The notes under the pieces: generated by a model
Databases searched by the model: none
What the model saw: the letters and a program-made list of their open reading frames with translations, nothing else
What the model was told of the DNA's origin: nothing
Translations under genes and position numbers: made by a program
NCBI GenBank assembly: GCA_002410925.1
Contig: DHPR01000013.1
Location: 76,995 to 140,994 of the forward strand
Reading direction: 5' to 3'
Length of the DNA: 64,000 nt
Source: a bacterium UBP13_UBA5359
GTDB taxonomy: Bacteria > UBP13 > UBA5359
Shown here: one piece after another, positions 28,742-39,373 of the stretch
Layout of the letters: the number at the start of each line of letters is the position of its first letter
Numbering within the stretch: position 1 is the first letter of the stretch

Positions 28742-30844
28742 ATGGCAATCGATAATCAACAATTAGCAAATATGCCTGCGAAGCTTTCCTCTCTTATTAA
28801 GGAACCGGCTGAAATATCTGTGTCTCATTTGAAGGGCGTGGGCGCAAAGAGAGCGGCGCAGTTGGAGAGGCTTGGTATCCGTACCATCCTTGATTTGATA
28901 TACCTTATGCCGCATAGATGGGAGAACAGAGGAAAGCTGCTTAAGGTGGAAGATCTTTATTCTCTGGCAGGCAAACTTCCGAAGAGGGTATTGGTGAGGG
29001 GGCAGCTGACCGGCATCTTTGAACGGCGTCCCGGGCCGCGGCGTCATCTTCTTACCGCTCGGCTGTCGGGAAAGGACGGCCGGCAGGCGGAGGCAGTATG
29101 GTTCAACCAGCCCTATATCAAGGAAGCTCTTCTGAAGGCCGGAGAGAGGATTACTATAGCTGCTTCTCCTGTAATTCGCAATGGCAAATTGCAATTGCAA
29201 TCTCCTCGGCTGGAAACCGGGGAGATTAAAGAGTGCCTTCCTGTTTATCCATTGACCGAAGGGCTCGCTCAGGGATGGCTGCGTACATTAATTAAATCTG
29301 CTTGCACTGAATATCTTCAATTTGTTAGAGATCCTCTGCCCGGGTATATAACCGAAGCGGAAGGGCTGATGCCGCTGCACCAGGCCATTGAAACTCTGCA
29401 TAATCCCGAGAATCTTGATGCTGCCGAGGCGGCACTGGCTAGAATCTCCTTTGAAAAGGCCTTTATCTACCAGGTTATGATACAATCAGGGCGTATGCAG
29501 CGCTTCAAAGAAGCCGGAGTGCCGTTGAGAAACGGTAACGGTGAACGCCGTAAATTGCTGGATTCTCTGCCGTTCTCTTTGACCGGTGACCAGAAACAGG
29601 CCTTGCAGGAGATAGATAGAGATCTTGAATCACCCTATCCAATGCGGCGTCTGCTTCAGGGAGAGGTCGGCTCCGGCAAAACAATACTGGCCTCTCTGGC
29701 GGCGTTGAAGGCTGTTGCCGCCGGCTACCAGGCGGTGCTTATGAGTCCGACTGAAATTTTAGCCAGACAGAGCCGGGATATTTTTGAGAAATTTTTCGCT
29801 CCGCTCGGTATTAATGTCCGCCTGCTTATCGGCCAGATGCGAGCCTCAGAGAAAAAACAGGTCATCCAGGAATTGACGGCAGGCAAGCCAGCTGTTACGG
29901 TTGGCACGCATGCATTGATTCAGGAAAGCGTAGAGTTTACACGGCTGGGCCTGGTGATTATCGATGAGCAGCATCGGTTTGGAGTGCTGCAAAGATTATC
30001 GTTGACCTCAAAGGGTATCAATCCTCATATTCTTGTCATGACCGCCACGCCAATTCCGCGTACACTGGTAATGGCCCTCTATGGTGAGCTGGAACAATCC
30101 GTTATCAAAGAGTTGCCGTCGGGACGCGGCAGGACAGCTACCTATCTGGCAAGCGAAGCCGGACGCAAGAGAGTTTATGGTCATATACTCAAGGAGACGG
30201 AGCAGGGGCGTCAGGCATACATAGTATGTCCTGCTATTGAGGAGAATATGGAGGCTGACCTGACTGCGGCTGAAGAGATGTTTGAGCGATTGAGAAGCGG
30301 TATCTTCTCCGACAAACGGCTTGGATTACTGCACGGCAGGATGCCCGCGCCTCATAAAGAGGAAGTGATGAGTGCTTTCCGAAGTGGAATGCTCGATATT
30401 CTAGTAGCTACTACCGTTGTTGAAGTGGGAGTGGATGTTCCCAATGCCACAGTTATGATGGTGGAGAATGCTGATCGCTTTGGATTGGCTCAGCTTCATC
30501 AGTTACGTGGCAGAGTCGGGCGCGGTATGCATGATGCCGTTTGCGTTCTTATGTGCGATAAGGTTTCAAAGCAATCTGAAAAACGCCTGAAAGCTTTCTC
30601 GCAAACAAATGACGGTTTCAAGATTGCCGAACTGGATTACAGGCTGAGAGGGCCGGGAAACCCGTGCGGATTTGAACAGCATGGATTTGAAACCGCCAGG
30701 CTGATAGCCGGCCTTGAAGAGGATTTGCTTGAACGTGCTATCGATTCAGCCGCAAAAATTCTTGAGAGCGATCCCAGTTTACAGAAGAGCGCCCATCAGG
30801 GATTAAAGCAAAGTATTATACCTGATATTCAAATTGGGTATTAA
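28742..30844 (+). CDS. recG: ATP-dependent DNA helicase RecG
   Basis: LKGVG, QGEVGSGKT, IDEQHRFG, MTATPIPRT, QLHQLRGRVGRG. Confidence 0.96.
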   Translation: MAIDNQQLANMPAKLSSLIKEPAEISVSHLKGVGAKRAAQLERLGIRTILDLIYLMPHRWENRGKLLKVEDLYSLAGKLPKRVLVRGQLTGIFERRPGPRRHLLTARLSGKDGRQAEAVWFNQPYIKEALLKAGERITIAASPVIRNGKLQLQSPRLETGEIKECLPVYPLTEGLAQGWLRTLIKSACTEYLQFVRDPLPGYITEAEGLMPLHQAIETLHNPENLDAAEAALARISFEKAFIYQVMIQSGRMQRFKEAGVPLRNGNGERRKLLDSLPFSLTGDQKQALQEIDRDLESPYPMRRLLQGEVGSGKTILASLAALKAVAAGYQAVLMSPTEILARQSRDIFEKFFAPLGINVRLLIGQMRASEKKQVIQELTAGKPAVTVGTHALIQESVEFTRLGLVIIDEQHRFGVLQRLSLTSKGINPHILVMTATPIPRTLVMALYGELEQSVIKELPSGRGRTATYLASEAGRKRVYGHILKETEQGRQAYIVCPAIEENMEADLTAAEEMFERLRSGIFSDKRLGLLHGRMPAPHKEEVMSAFRSGMLDILVATTVVEVGVDVPNATVMMVENADRFGLAQLHQLRGRVGRGMHDAVCVLMCDKVSKQSEKRLKAFSQTNDGFKIAELDYRLRGPGNPCGFEQHGFETARLIAGLEEDLLERAIDSAAKILESDPSLQKSAHQGLKQSIIPDIQIGY

Positions 30845-30895
30845 TAACCAATAACTACCGCGCCGAAGGCGATGCTATTGTAGGAGAGAGATGAT

Positions 30896-31459
30896 TTGCG
30901 TATAATAACCGGTGAAGCCAGATACAGGAAGCTTAAAACTCCTAAAGGCAGGAATTTGAGACCAACCTCGGATATTGTCAAAGAGGGTTTGTTCAATATC
31001 ATAGGCAACGGTATCCGAGGGGCAAGGTTTTTAGATATTTTTGCCGGTACCGGAAATGTCGGCATAGAAGCCATAAGTCGGGGTGCTGAGAGAGCTGATT
31101 TCCTGGAATTATCCAGGGGGCATATAGCCGTAATAAGGGATAATCTGCGTACTTGCGGTTTCGCTGGTAGAGCCGGCGTACACGGAGGAAAAGCGGAGCA
31201 GTTATTGGCCATGCTGGCCTCAGCTGATATAAAGTATGATTATATTTATGCTGATCCGCCATACGATTATGAAGAGTACGGTACGTTGCTGGAACAGATA
31301 TCCGAATTGGGATTGCTCAACGAGGGCGGTTCTCTCTTCCTGGAAACAGGCCGCCGTACCGTGCTGCCGGATGAGGCAGGCGATTTTGCAGTTGTTCGTA
31401 AATATAGGTATGGGAACACAGTATTAACGTTATATAGAAGAGCTACTCAAAAGAGGTAA
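30896..31459 (+). CDS. rsmD: 16S rRNA m2G966 methyltransferase
   Basis: MRIITG, RPTSD, FLDIFAGTG, DPPY. Confidence 0.94.
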   Translation: MRIITGEARYRKLKTPKGRNLRPTSDIVKEGLFNIIGNGIRGARFLDIFAGTGNVGIEAISRGAERADFLELSRGHIAVIRDNLRTCGFAGRAGVHGGKAEQLLAMLASADIKYDYIYADPPYDYEEYGTLLEQISELGLLNEGGSLFLETGRRTVLPDEAGDFAVVRKYRYGNTVLTLYRRATQKR

Positions 31460-31494
31460 ATGTAAATTCTGAATTTCCATATAAGGAGTATGCC

Positions 31495-31980
31495 ATGAGA
31501 ACGGCACTATACCCGGGCAGTTTTGATCCGGTAACCAATGGTCATATTGATATTATAAAGAGAGCTGCCGCTATATTTGATCATCTTATAGTGGCTGTAG
31601 CCGTCAATAAGAAAAAGCAGGCATTGTTCTCTTTGGATGAGCGTTTGGAGATGCTGCATGAGGTTGTCAGTGACATAGCCGGGGTAGAGGTTGCTTCCTT
31701 TGGCGGCTTGCTGGTAAAATATGCCAGAGAAAACGGAGTAAGCGCCATTGTGAAGGGCCTGCGAGCCATTTCGGATTTTGAGTTTGAATTGCAGATGGCT
31801 TCAACTAATCATAAGCTGGAACCCGGTATAGAAACGCTCTTTATGATGACATCCAATGAATACTCCTTTCTTAGCTCCAGCATGGTCAAAGAGATTGCCG
31901 GTTACGGAGCTTCCGTAGCCTGTATGGTTCCGCCTTATGTCGAGAGGCGGTTGCGAGAGAAGCTGGATAGAGAGGCTTGA
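31495..31980 (+). CDS. coaD: Phosphopantetheine adenylyltransferase
   Basis: YPGSFDPVTNGH, GLRAISDFEFE, SSSMVKE. Confidence 0.96.
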   Translation: MRTALYPGSFDPVTNGHIDIIKRAAAIFDHLIVAVAVNKKKQALFSLDERLEMLHEVVSDIAGVEVASFGGLLVKYARENGVSAIVKGLRAISDFEFELQMASTNHKLEPGIETLFMMTSNEYSFLSSSMVKEIAGYGASVACMVPPYVERRLREKLDREA

Positions 31981-32040
31981 GTTGGGGCGGATTGTTCAGC
32001 ACTGGGGCGAGTTGTTCGGTGTTCGAGTCCGTTTGCAGAT
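31981..32040 (-). repeat. Dispersed 60-bp intergenic repeat
   Basis: Reverse complement is 42/60 identical without gaps to 57534-57593. Confidence 0.65.
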
Positions 32041-32080
32041 AACAATTGCCGCTGAAGGCGGCGCAGGGGGAGGCTAAGTT

Positions 32081-32533
32081 GTGGATATTCTTAAGCTGAT
32101 GGATCGTCTTGAGGAACTGATGGAAAGTAGTCGGAGCATGCCTTTTGGAAAGAAGCTGATTGATGAAGATAAGGTCTTTGTTCTCATCAACCGAATAAGA
32201 GCTGCTATGCCGGAGGAGATAAAGCAGGCCAGGCAGATTTCCAAAGAGAGAGAGAAGATATTATCTCAGGCACAGGAAGAAGCTGATGCCATGCTGGAAG
32301 ACGCTCGCCAAAAGGTGGAACAGATGATTGTGGAAAGTGAGATTCTGGCGGCGGCAGAGAGAGAGGCCGGCAGGATATTGCAGGAAGCGGAAATCAGAGC
32401 TTCCGAGACCAGAGCCGGTGCCGATCATTATGCCGGAGACGTCCTTTCACGGGTGGCCGATTACCTGGAAAGAGCCCAATCAACCATCTCTGCTGCAAGC
32501 AGTGACCTGCAAAGCCATAAGAGCGAGGATTGA
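32081..32533 (+). CDS. Conserved coiled-coil protein (DivIVA/SepIVA-like, ATP synthase b-like)
   Basis: MDI..L.DRLEEL...SMPF..P.EIKQA..GAD.YA; usual position after coaD. Confidence 0.75.
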   Translation: MDILKLMDRLEELMESSRSMPFGKKLIDEDKVFVLINRIRAAMPEEIKQARQISKEREKILSQAQEEADAMLEDARQKVEQMIVESEILAAAEREAGRILQEAEIRASETRAGADHYAGDVLSRVADYLERAQSTISAASSDLQSHKSED

Positions 32534-32598
32534 CGGACAAATCACTATAGCATATAATTAACCTGTTTTTGCCCCGTGCGACTTATGGAAGGTGTATT

Positions 32599-33801
32599 AT
32601 GAAAGTTCTGGTTATTAATTGTGGCAGCTCATCGCTCAAGTTTCAGCTCATCGATATGCAGAATAAATCTGTTCTGGCTCGCGGGCTGGTTGATAGAATA
32701 GGTGTGCAGGGTTCATCTCTGTTCAAGGTTGCCTTTAATGGCGATAAAGAAGAGAGAGAAGTTCGGGCTGGAAATCATCAGAAAGCACTGGAGACCGTTA
32801 TACAATGTTTAACGGCGCCGGGTAAAGGGCCGTTGACCTCGCTCAATGAGATCGATGCTGTAGGGCATCGCGTTTTGCATGGCGGCAAGGTATATCAATC
32901 AGCACTGATTGATGAGAAGATAAAGAGAATAATTGAAGATTGTTCTATAATGGGCCCGTTGCATAATCCACCGGCCCTTATGGGGATTAATGCGGCTGAG
33001 AAGCTGCTTCCCGGTGTGCCGCAGGTTGCGGTCTTTGATACGGCATTTTTTCATACCATGCCGGAGAAAGCATATACCTATGCGCTGCCATACGAAATCT
33101 GCAAAAGCTATGGCATCAGGCGCTACGGTTTTCACGGCACCTCACATCGCTATGTAGTACGGCATGCCTTGCAGCTGCCGGAATTAGCAGATAAAGAGAA
33201 GAAAGATATATCTCTTATCACATGCCATTTGGGCAATGGGTGCAGCATTACCGCTTCCGTAGGCGGGCAAGCCGTTGATACCAGTATGGGCTTCACACCG
33301 CTGGAAGGCCTGGTCATGGGCACCAGATGCGGCGATATAGACCCGGCTATCGTACCCTTTTTGCAGAAGAACGCCGGAATGGATCCCGAAGAGATAGATA
33401 CCCTGATGAACAAGAAGAGCGGTCTGCTTGGGCTAACGGGAATCAGCAGCGATATGCGTGATATAGAGGAAGCCGCCGAAAGAGGGGAAGAGAGAGCTGT
33501 TCTGGCTCTGGATATCTTCTGCTATCGTATTATAAAATATATAGGGGCCTATACCTTTGCTATGGGAAGAGTAGATGCGATTTGTTTTACTGCCGGTATA
33601 GGCGAGAACAGCCCGACAATCAGAAAGCGGATATGCAACGGACTGAACGGGCTGGGGGTAGAACTCGATGAGCAGGCTAACGCGGCCGCATTCGGATGCG
33701 AGGCTGTTATCAGCAGCCCCGCTTCGAAGGTTTTAATGGCGGTTGTTCCTACAGATGAAGAGCTGATGATCGCCATGGAAACCAGGGAAGTAATCGCTTA
33801 A
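32599..33801 (+). CDS. ackA: Acetate kinase
   Basis: VINCGSSSLKFQL, GHRVLHGG, PLHNP, HLGNG, FTAGIGEN. Confidence 0.96.
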   Translation: MKVLVINCGSSSLKFQLIDMQNKSVLARGLVDRIGVQGSSLFKVAFNGDKEEREVRAGNHQKALETVIQCLTAPGKGPLTSLNEIDAVGHRVLHGGKVYQSALIDEKIKRIIEDCSIMGPLHNPPALMGINAAEKLLPGVPQVAVFDTAFFHTMPEKAYTYALPYEICKSYGIRRYGFHGTSHRYVVRHALQLPELADKEKKDISLITCHLGNGCSITASVGGQAVDTSMGFTPLEGLVMGTRCGDIDPAIVPFLQKNAGMDPEEIDTLMNKKSGLLGLTGISSDMRDIEEAAERGEERAVLALDIFCYRIIKYIGAYTFAMGRVDAICFTAGIGENSPTIRKRICNGLNGLGVELDEQANAAAFGCEAVISSPASKVLMAVVPTDEELMIAMETREVIA

Positions 33802-33817
33802 TAGGAGGATAAAATAA

Positions 33818-34003
33818 ATGGCATTGCCGAAATACAGAACATCCAAGGCAAGAAGAGATAAGAGGCGCACACACTGGAAGATTTCTGCCACCAATGTAGC
33901 GCATTGCTCAAGGTGCAAAGCCGCCAAGCTGCCGCATACCGTTTGCGAAAAATGTGGTTTCTATGGCGGCAGGGAGGCCGTAACGGTCGCTGCGGCAGAA
34001 TAG
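33818..34003 (+). CDS. rpmF: 50S ribosomal protein L32
   Basis: MALPK.RTSKARRDKRRTH, CxxC..PHTVCxxCG. Confidence 0.95.
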   Translation: MALPKYRTSKARRDKRRTHWKISATNVAHCSRCKAAKLPHTVCEKCGFYGGREAVTVAAAE

Positions 34004-34013
34004 ACCGTTTCTT

Positions 34014-35105
34014 ATGACATCTGATTTAATTACCATAGCAATAGATGCCATGGGGGGCGATTATGCTCCGACGGCAACGGTGGCCGGTGCCGTGGAGGCA
34101 ATGGAATATGAGGATCTGAGGGTTCTCTTGGTAGGCGACAGATCTCAGTTACAGGTTGAGCTGGCAAAAAGATGCTATGACCCATCCCGTATAGAGATTG
34201 TTCATGCGTCCGAACGAGTGGATATGGGGGAAAACCCGGCCAGAGCTATGCGGCGTAAAAAAGACGCCTCAGCCGTGGTCGCTGCACGCCTGGTAAAGAA
34301 TGGTCAGGCCACAGGATTGGTGAATGCGGGCAATACCGGGGCTGCCATGTCCATTGCTCTGCTGGTTATCGGTAGAATTAAAGGGGTGGACCGGCCGCCT
34401 ATATGCTCTTATATCCCCAGTCGCAGCGGGAAGGTGCTGCTGCTGGATGCAGGTGCAAATGTTAACTGTAAGCCCGAGCAATTGCTGAAATTTGCTATCA
34501 TGGGCGATATTTTTTCCAGAGCCGTAACCGGCAAAGAGAGACCCCGGGTCGGCCTGTTGAATATAGGCGGTGAAGAGGGGAAAGGCGATGATCTTACCGT
34601 AGCCACCTATGATCTTCTGAATAAGAGCGATCTTAATTTTATCGGTAATATAGAAGGAAATGAAATATTTACCGGCCAGACTGATGTGGTTATTTGCGAT
34701 GGATTCGCCGGTAATGTGGTCCTTAAAGTGGCGGAAGGAATGGCGGATTTTATTGTCTCTTCCATACGGAATGAGTTCAAGCACAGGCCTCTGGCATTGT
34801 TGGGAGCGCCCTTCTTTCTTCCTCCCATCAATGCGTTCAAACGTAAAGTGGATTATAAAGAATATGGTGGAGCGCTATTGTTAGGAATAAATGGTGTCTG
34901 TGTCATTGCCCACGGCAGGTCGGACGCCAAAGCTATTAAAAATGCGTTACGGGTAGCCCGCGATGCCGCCGCACAGGACGTAGTAGGACGTATCAGCCGG
35001 GTCGTTGGAAAAAATCCCGAGCCTGAAGAGTCTAAAGGGTCAGAAGAAGAGCGAGAAGAACATCATCACAAAGCTCCTGACCTTACTAAAGAAGAGGTTT
35101 TATAA
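34014..35105 (+). CDS. plsX: Phosphate acyltransferase
   Basis: IAIDAMGGDYAP, AGNTGA, LDAGAN, DGFAGNVVLK, HGRS. Confidence 0.96.
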   Translation: MTSDLITIAIDAMGGDYAPTATVAGAVEAMEYEDLRVLLVGDRSQLQVELAKRCYDPSRIEIVHASERVDMGENPARAMRRKKDASAVVAARLVKNGQATGLVNAGNTGAAMSIALLVIGRIKGVDRPPICSYIPSRSGKVLLLDAGANVNCKPEQLLKFAIMGDIFSRAVTGKERPRVGLLNIGGEEGKGDDLTVATYDLLNKSDLNFIGNIEGNEIFTGQTDVVICDGFAGNVVLKVAEGMADFIVSSIRNEFKHRPLALLGAPFFLPPINAFKRKVDYKEYGGALLLGINGVCVIAHGRSDAKAIKNALRVARDAAAQDVVGRISRVVGKNPEPEESKGSEEEREEHHHKAPDLTKEEVL

Positions 35106-35106
35106 T

Positions 35107-36093
35107 ATGTGGAATGCAGGTATAGCCGGTATAGGAAGCTATGTGCCCGAGAAGGTACTGACCAATAGCGATCTGGAGAGAATGGTTGATACCTCCGATG
35201 AATGGATAAGGACACGGACAGGCATATCTGAGCGGCATATCTGCAGCGAGAATATGTCCACTTCGGATATGGCGGTAGAGGCGGCCGCCATGGCTTTGAA
35301 GAATGCCGCTGTTGATGCCGCGGATGTAGATATGATAATTGTGGCCTCTGTGACGCCGGATATGCCCTTTCCCGCCACAGCCTGTTTGGTTCAGGATAGG
35401 CTGGGGGCGGTCAATGCCTCTGCTTTCGATTTAGAGGCTGGATGCTCCGGCTTTATCTATGCTCTTACCGTAGGTTCGCAATTTATTATTTCAGGTGCTT
35501 ATCGCAATGTTCTGGTAATAGGCGCCGATGCACTTTCCAAAGTTACCGATTGGGAGGATAGAAGCACCTGCGTGCTCTTCGGCGATGGTGCAGGAGCAGC
35601 CCTGTTGCAGCGAGTGCCTTCAGGCTACGGCCTTCTCTCCTTTAAGCTGGGAGCCGTTGGCAGCGGCGGGGAATATCTCAAAATACCTGCCGGCGGTTCC
35701 AAGTTGCCGGCTTCTGCCGATACGGTAGCCGGAAGAGATCATTTTATAAAGATGGAAGGCAACGAGGTATTCAAATTTGCTGTTAGAATAATGGGCGAAG
35801 CAGCTCTTACAGTTGTAGAGGAAGCCGGTTTGACAACAAATGATATCGATTGTTTAATACCGCACCAGGCCAATATTCGTATTATAGATGCAGCTGCAAG
35901 GCGGTTGGGATTATCGCAGGAGAAAGTCTTTATCAACGTACAGCGGTATGGCAATACCTCGGCGGCATCAATTCCTCTGGCATTGAAAGAAGCCGTTGAC
36001 AGTGGTAGGGTAGCCCCCGGGAGTATAATTATTATGGTAGGCTTTGGAGCAGGACTGACCTGGGGAGCCGTAGCCCTGCGCTGGAAGGAGTAA
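35107..36093 (+). CDS. fabH: Beta-ketoacyl-ACP synthase III
   Basis: DEWIRTRTGI, AGCSGF, HQAN, GNTSAASIP. Confidence 0.96.
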   Translation: MWNAGIAGIGSYVPEKVLTNSDLERMVDTSDEWIRTRTGISERHICSENMSTSDMAVEAAAMALKNAAVDAADVDMIIVASVTPDMPFPATACLVQDRLGAVNASAFDLEAGCSGFIYALTVGSQFIISGAYRNVLVIGADALSKVTDWEDRSTCVLFGDGAGAALLQRVPSGYGLLSFKLGAVGSGGEYLKIPAGGSKLPASADTVAGRDHFIKMEGNEVFKFAVRIMGEAALTVVEEAGLTTNDIDCLIPHQANIRIIDAAARRLGLSQEKVFINVQRYGNTSAASIPLALKEAVDSGRVAPGSIIIMVGFGAGLTWGAVALRWKE

Positions 36094-36097
36094 ACCG

Positions 36098-37030
36098 GTG
36101 AAAACTGCCTTTCTTTTTCCCGGACAGGGATCACAATATGCAGGTATGGGGAAGGACCTTTACCATAGCTTCCCCGAGGTTAGAGAGCTATACGACAGAG
36201 CATCCTCAACGCTGGGTTTCGATCTTGCCGATTTATCATTCAACGGTCCCTCCGATCTGCTGACCAGGACGGATAATGCTCAGCCGGCAATCTATACGCA
36301 CAGCATGGCGCTGTCATATCTTTTAAAACAGGCAGGGGCCAAGGCGGATATAGTTGCCGGGCATAGCCTGGGAGAGTATTCGGCCTTAGCCTATAGTGAA
36401 GCCCTCTCCTTTGAAGATGGCCTGAGGCTGGTGCGGCGCCGCGGAGAGCTGATGCTTGCTGCCGGCGGCTACGCACCGGGAGGCATGGCTGCCGTTATCG
36501 GCCTGGAAGCGGAGGCGGTGACGGAACTCTGCCGTCTTTGCACAGAGCAGGGTGAAGTTTATCCGGCTAATTTCAATGCCCCGGGACAGATAGTTATCAG
36601 TGGCCGGCAACAGGGGATAGAGAGTGCTGTAAAGCTGGCTGCCGGTATGGGAGCCAGGCGTATCATGCCTTTGGAGGTCAGCGGAGCCTTTCATACGCCG
36701 TTTATGGCCCCGGCAGCTGCTGAACTGGAGAAGCTGCTGTCGCCTCTTGATAATGCAGCTATTCCGGTGGTGACCAATGCTGAAGCCATTGCTCGTATTG
36801 ATAAGAAGGATTTGAAAGCTGCTCTGGTGAAACAGATAGCCGGTCCGGTTAGATGGGAAGAGAGCATGCGGCACCTCCTGCAGCAGGGTGTGACCGTTTT
36901 TGTGGAAGTAGGCCCCGGAAAGGTGTTGACGGGGTTGATGAAACGCATCGAGAAAGGCGTAAATACTGCTTTTACCGATGATGCGACAGGGCTCGCGAGC
37001 GTGCTTGACTTTTTAAAGGCAGGTGGATAA
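36098..37030 (+). CDS. fabD: Malonyl-CoA:ACP transacylase
   Basis: FPGQGSQ, GHSLGEY, SGAFHT. Confidence 0.96.
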   Translation: MKTAFLFPGQGSQYAGMGKDLYHSFPEVRELYDRASSTLGFDLADLSFNGPSDLLTRTDNAQPAIYTHSMALSYLLKQAGAKADIVAGHSLGEYSALAYSEALSFEDGLRLVRRRGELMLAAGGYAPGGMAAVIGLEAEAVTELCRLCTEQGEVYPANFNAPGQIVISGRQQGIESAVKLAAGMGARRIMPLEVSGAFHTPFMAPAAAELEKLLSPLDNAAIPVVTNAEAIARIDKKDLKAALVKQIAGPVRWEESMRHLLQQGVTVFVEVGPGKVLTGLMKRIEKGVNTAFTDDATGLASVLDFLKAGG

Positions 37031-37031
37031 A

Positions 37032-37784
37032 ATGGGTATTATGCTAAAAGACAAGGTAGCGATTGTAACCGGCTCGGCCAGAGGGATAGGTCGGGCTATT
37101 GCCGAGATTATGGCCCGAGAAGGCGCCGATATCGTCATCAACGATATCAATTTGGAATTGGCTGAAGAGACGGCAGGGTCTATAAAGGAGGCCTATGCTG
37201 TTCAGACAATGGCATTGCAGGCCAATATAGCGCATGCCGCTGAAGCGGAAGAGATGGTTTCCGCCGTGGTGGAGCGCTTCGGGCGTGTGGATATTCTCGT
37301 CAACAATGCCGGAATTACCAGGGACAGCCTGATAATGCGCATGAAAGAGGAGGATTGGGATGCCGTCCTTACCGTCAATCTCAAGGGCTCCTTTAATTGC
37401 ATCAAGGCTGTATCGCGCCCGATGTTTAAGCAGCGTAGCGGCAGAATAATCAATATTGCTTCCGTTATAGGTCTTATGGGTAATGTGGGACAGGCCAATT
37501 ATGGCGCTTCCAAGGCCGGCCTTATAGGGTTGACCAAGACGGCTGCCAGAGAGATGGCGGCCAGAGGTATAACCGTTAATGCTCTGGCTCCGGGCTTTAT
37601 AGAAACCGAGATGACGGCCGTTTTGCCGGAAGATGTCAGGGCGGCAATGCTTAAGCAAGTGCCCCTTGGCAGGATGGGCAGCCCTGAAGATGTCGCCGGA
37701 GTAGCCCTTTTCCTGGCCGGAGATACGGCATCATATGTTACAGGTCAAGTTATTCCAGTGGATGGCGGAATGGTCATGTATTGA
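37032..37784 (+). CDS. fabG: 3-oxoacyl-ACP reductase
   Basis: TGSARGIG, NNAGITRD, YGASK. Confidence 0.96.
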   Translation: MGIMLKDKVAIVTGSARGIGRAIAEIMAREGADIVINDINLELAEETAGSIKEAYAVQTMALQANIAHAAEAEEMVSAVVERFGRVDILVNNAGITRDSLIMRMKEEDWDAVLTVNLKGSFNCIKAVSRPMFKQRSGRIINIASVIGLMGNVGQANYGASKAGLIGLTKTAAREMAARGITVNALAPGFIETEMTAVLPEDVRAAMLKQVPLGRMGSPEDVAGVALFLAGDTASYVTGQVIPVDGGMVMY

Positions 37785-37864
37785 TAATGCATGGTGCCGT
37801 AATTCGGATGATCCGGTTGTACGGCACTTTTCATTATATGTAGATTTATTAGGAGGTAATTACA

Positions 37865-38098
37865 ATGGGGATTTTTGATCAGGTTAAAAAAATAGTGGTA
37901 GATCAACTGGGTGTTGATGAAGCCGAGGTTACGGAGAATGCATCCTTTACGGATGACCTCGGCGCTGATTCTTTAGACGTAGTGGAACTGGTAATGGCCC
38001 TTGAAGAGGAATTCGATCTGGAGATACCGGATGAGGATGCAGAGAAGATCGGCACTGTCGGGGAAGCCATGAAGTATATCCAGGAGAAAAAGAGCTGA
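37865..38098 (+). CDS. acpP: Acyl carrier protein
   Basis: [20 protein letters not shown]. Confidence 0.97.
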   Translation: MGIFDQVKKIVVDQLGVDEAEVTENASFTDDLGADSLDVVELVMALEEEFDLEIPDEDAEKIGTVGEAMKYIQEKKS

Positions 38099-38126
38099 CA
38101 ATAGCTGATTAAGGAGAGATCTTGAT

Positions 38127-39368
38127 TTGAAAAGGGTTGTTGTAACCGGTATGGGAGCGGTGACCCCCGTAGGCATAGGTGTTGAGAATTACTGGCGAGC
38201 ATTGCTCGATGGTGTTTCCGGTGCGGGGTGCATTACCCTTTTTGATGCTGCTGGTTTCAATTGCCGCATTGCAGCCGAAGTGAAGGGGTTTGATCCGCTT
38301 GATCACGGCATAGAGCGCAAGGAAGCCAAGCGTATGGATCGCTTTGTGCAATTAGGCATGGCAGCTGCTCGCATGGCGCTTGAAGAATCGGGCTTGGTTA
38401 TCGATTCAAATAATGCCGCCGATACAGGTGTCATTGTCGGCTCAGGTATCGGTGGCATAGGCACCTGGGAAGAGCAGCACGCTAATCTGATATTAAAAGG
38501 GCCTGGCAGGGTAAGTCCCTTCTTTGTGCCCATGATGATAAGCGATATGGCTTCCGGGCAGCTTTCCATAGCCTTTGGCGCTAAGGGGCCTAATATTTCG
38601 ATAACCACTGCATGTGCTACCGGAACCAATTCCATTGGCGAAGCCTTTGAAATTATCAGGCGCGGCGATGCCGCCGCCATGATTGCCGGCGGATGTGAAG
38701 CTGCTGTTACGCCGATGGCTGTGGCCGGTTTCTGTTCTATGAAGGCCCTGACCTGTAGAAACGACGATCCGCAGCATGCCAGCAGGCCTTTTGATATTGC
38801 GAGAGACGGATTCCTTATCGGTGAAGGAGCCGGAGTGCTTATACTTGAAGAGATGGAGAGCGCACAGGCCAGGGGCGCCGTTATTTTAGCAGAGATTATC
38901 GGCTACGGCAGCACCGGTGACGCTTACCATATAACCGCGCCGGATCCGCAGGGCGCCGGAGCCTGTCATGTTATGCTGCGAGCCCTAAAAAAGGCAGGGC
39001 TGGAGCCCCGGCAGATTGATTATATCAATGCCCACGGAACTTCGACCGAACTCAATGACCGGCTGGAGAGCGCTGCTATTGCCACAGTTTTCGGTGCTGC
39101 TGCCAAGAGTGTCGCCGTAAGCTCGACCAAGTCATGTACAGGGCATATGCTGGGCGCGGCAGGCGCTGTTGAAGCCATAGCTTGCATCAAAACGATTATG
39201 GAAGGCATAATCCCGCCAACCATTAACTATGAAAATCCGGATCCCGAGTGTACACTGGATTATGTGCCTAACGAACCCAGATCGGCCAAAGTGGATATGG
39301 CTATGTCAAATTCCTTTGGCTTTGGCGGGCATAACGCATCTTTGATTTTTAAACGATATGAGGACTGA
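38127..39368 (+). CDS. fabF: Beta-ketoacyl-ACP synthase II
   Basis: RVVVTGMG, TACAT, NAHGTST, GHMLGAAG, NSFGFGGHN. Confidence 0.96.
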   Translation: MKRVVVTGMGAVTPVGIGVENYWRALLDGVSGAGCITLFDAAGFNCRIAAEVKGFDPLDHGIERKEAKRMDRFVQLGMAAARMALEESGLVIDSNNAADTGVIVGSGIGGIGTWEEQHANLILKGPGRVSPFFVPMMISDMASGQLSIAFGAKGPNISITTACATGTNSIGEAFEIIRRGDAAAMIAGGCEAAVTPMAVAGFCSMKALTCRNDDPQHASRPFDIARDGFLIGEGAGVLILEEMESAQARGAVILAEIIGYGSTGDAYHITAPDPQGAGACHVMLRALKKAGLEPRQIDYINAHGTSTELNDRLESAAIATVFGAAAKSVAVSSTKSCTGHMLGAAGAVEAIACIKTIMEGIIPPTINYENPDPECTLDYVPNEPRSAKVDMAMSNSFGFGGHNASLIFKRYED

Positions 39369-39373
39369 TAGCC

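Noticed and set aside
32015-32035. GTTCGAGTCC resembling a tRNA T-loop
   Set aside because: No acceptor, D or anticodon stems; better explained as part of the dispersed 60-bp repeat
35010-35105. Acidic/His-rich PlsX tail
   Set aside because: Short low-complexity extension with no evidence of function
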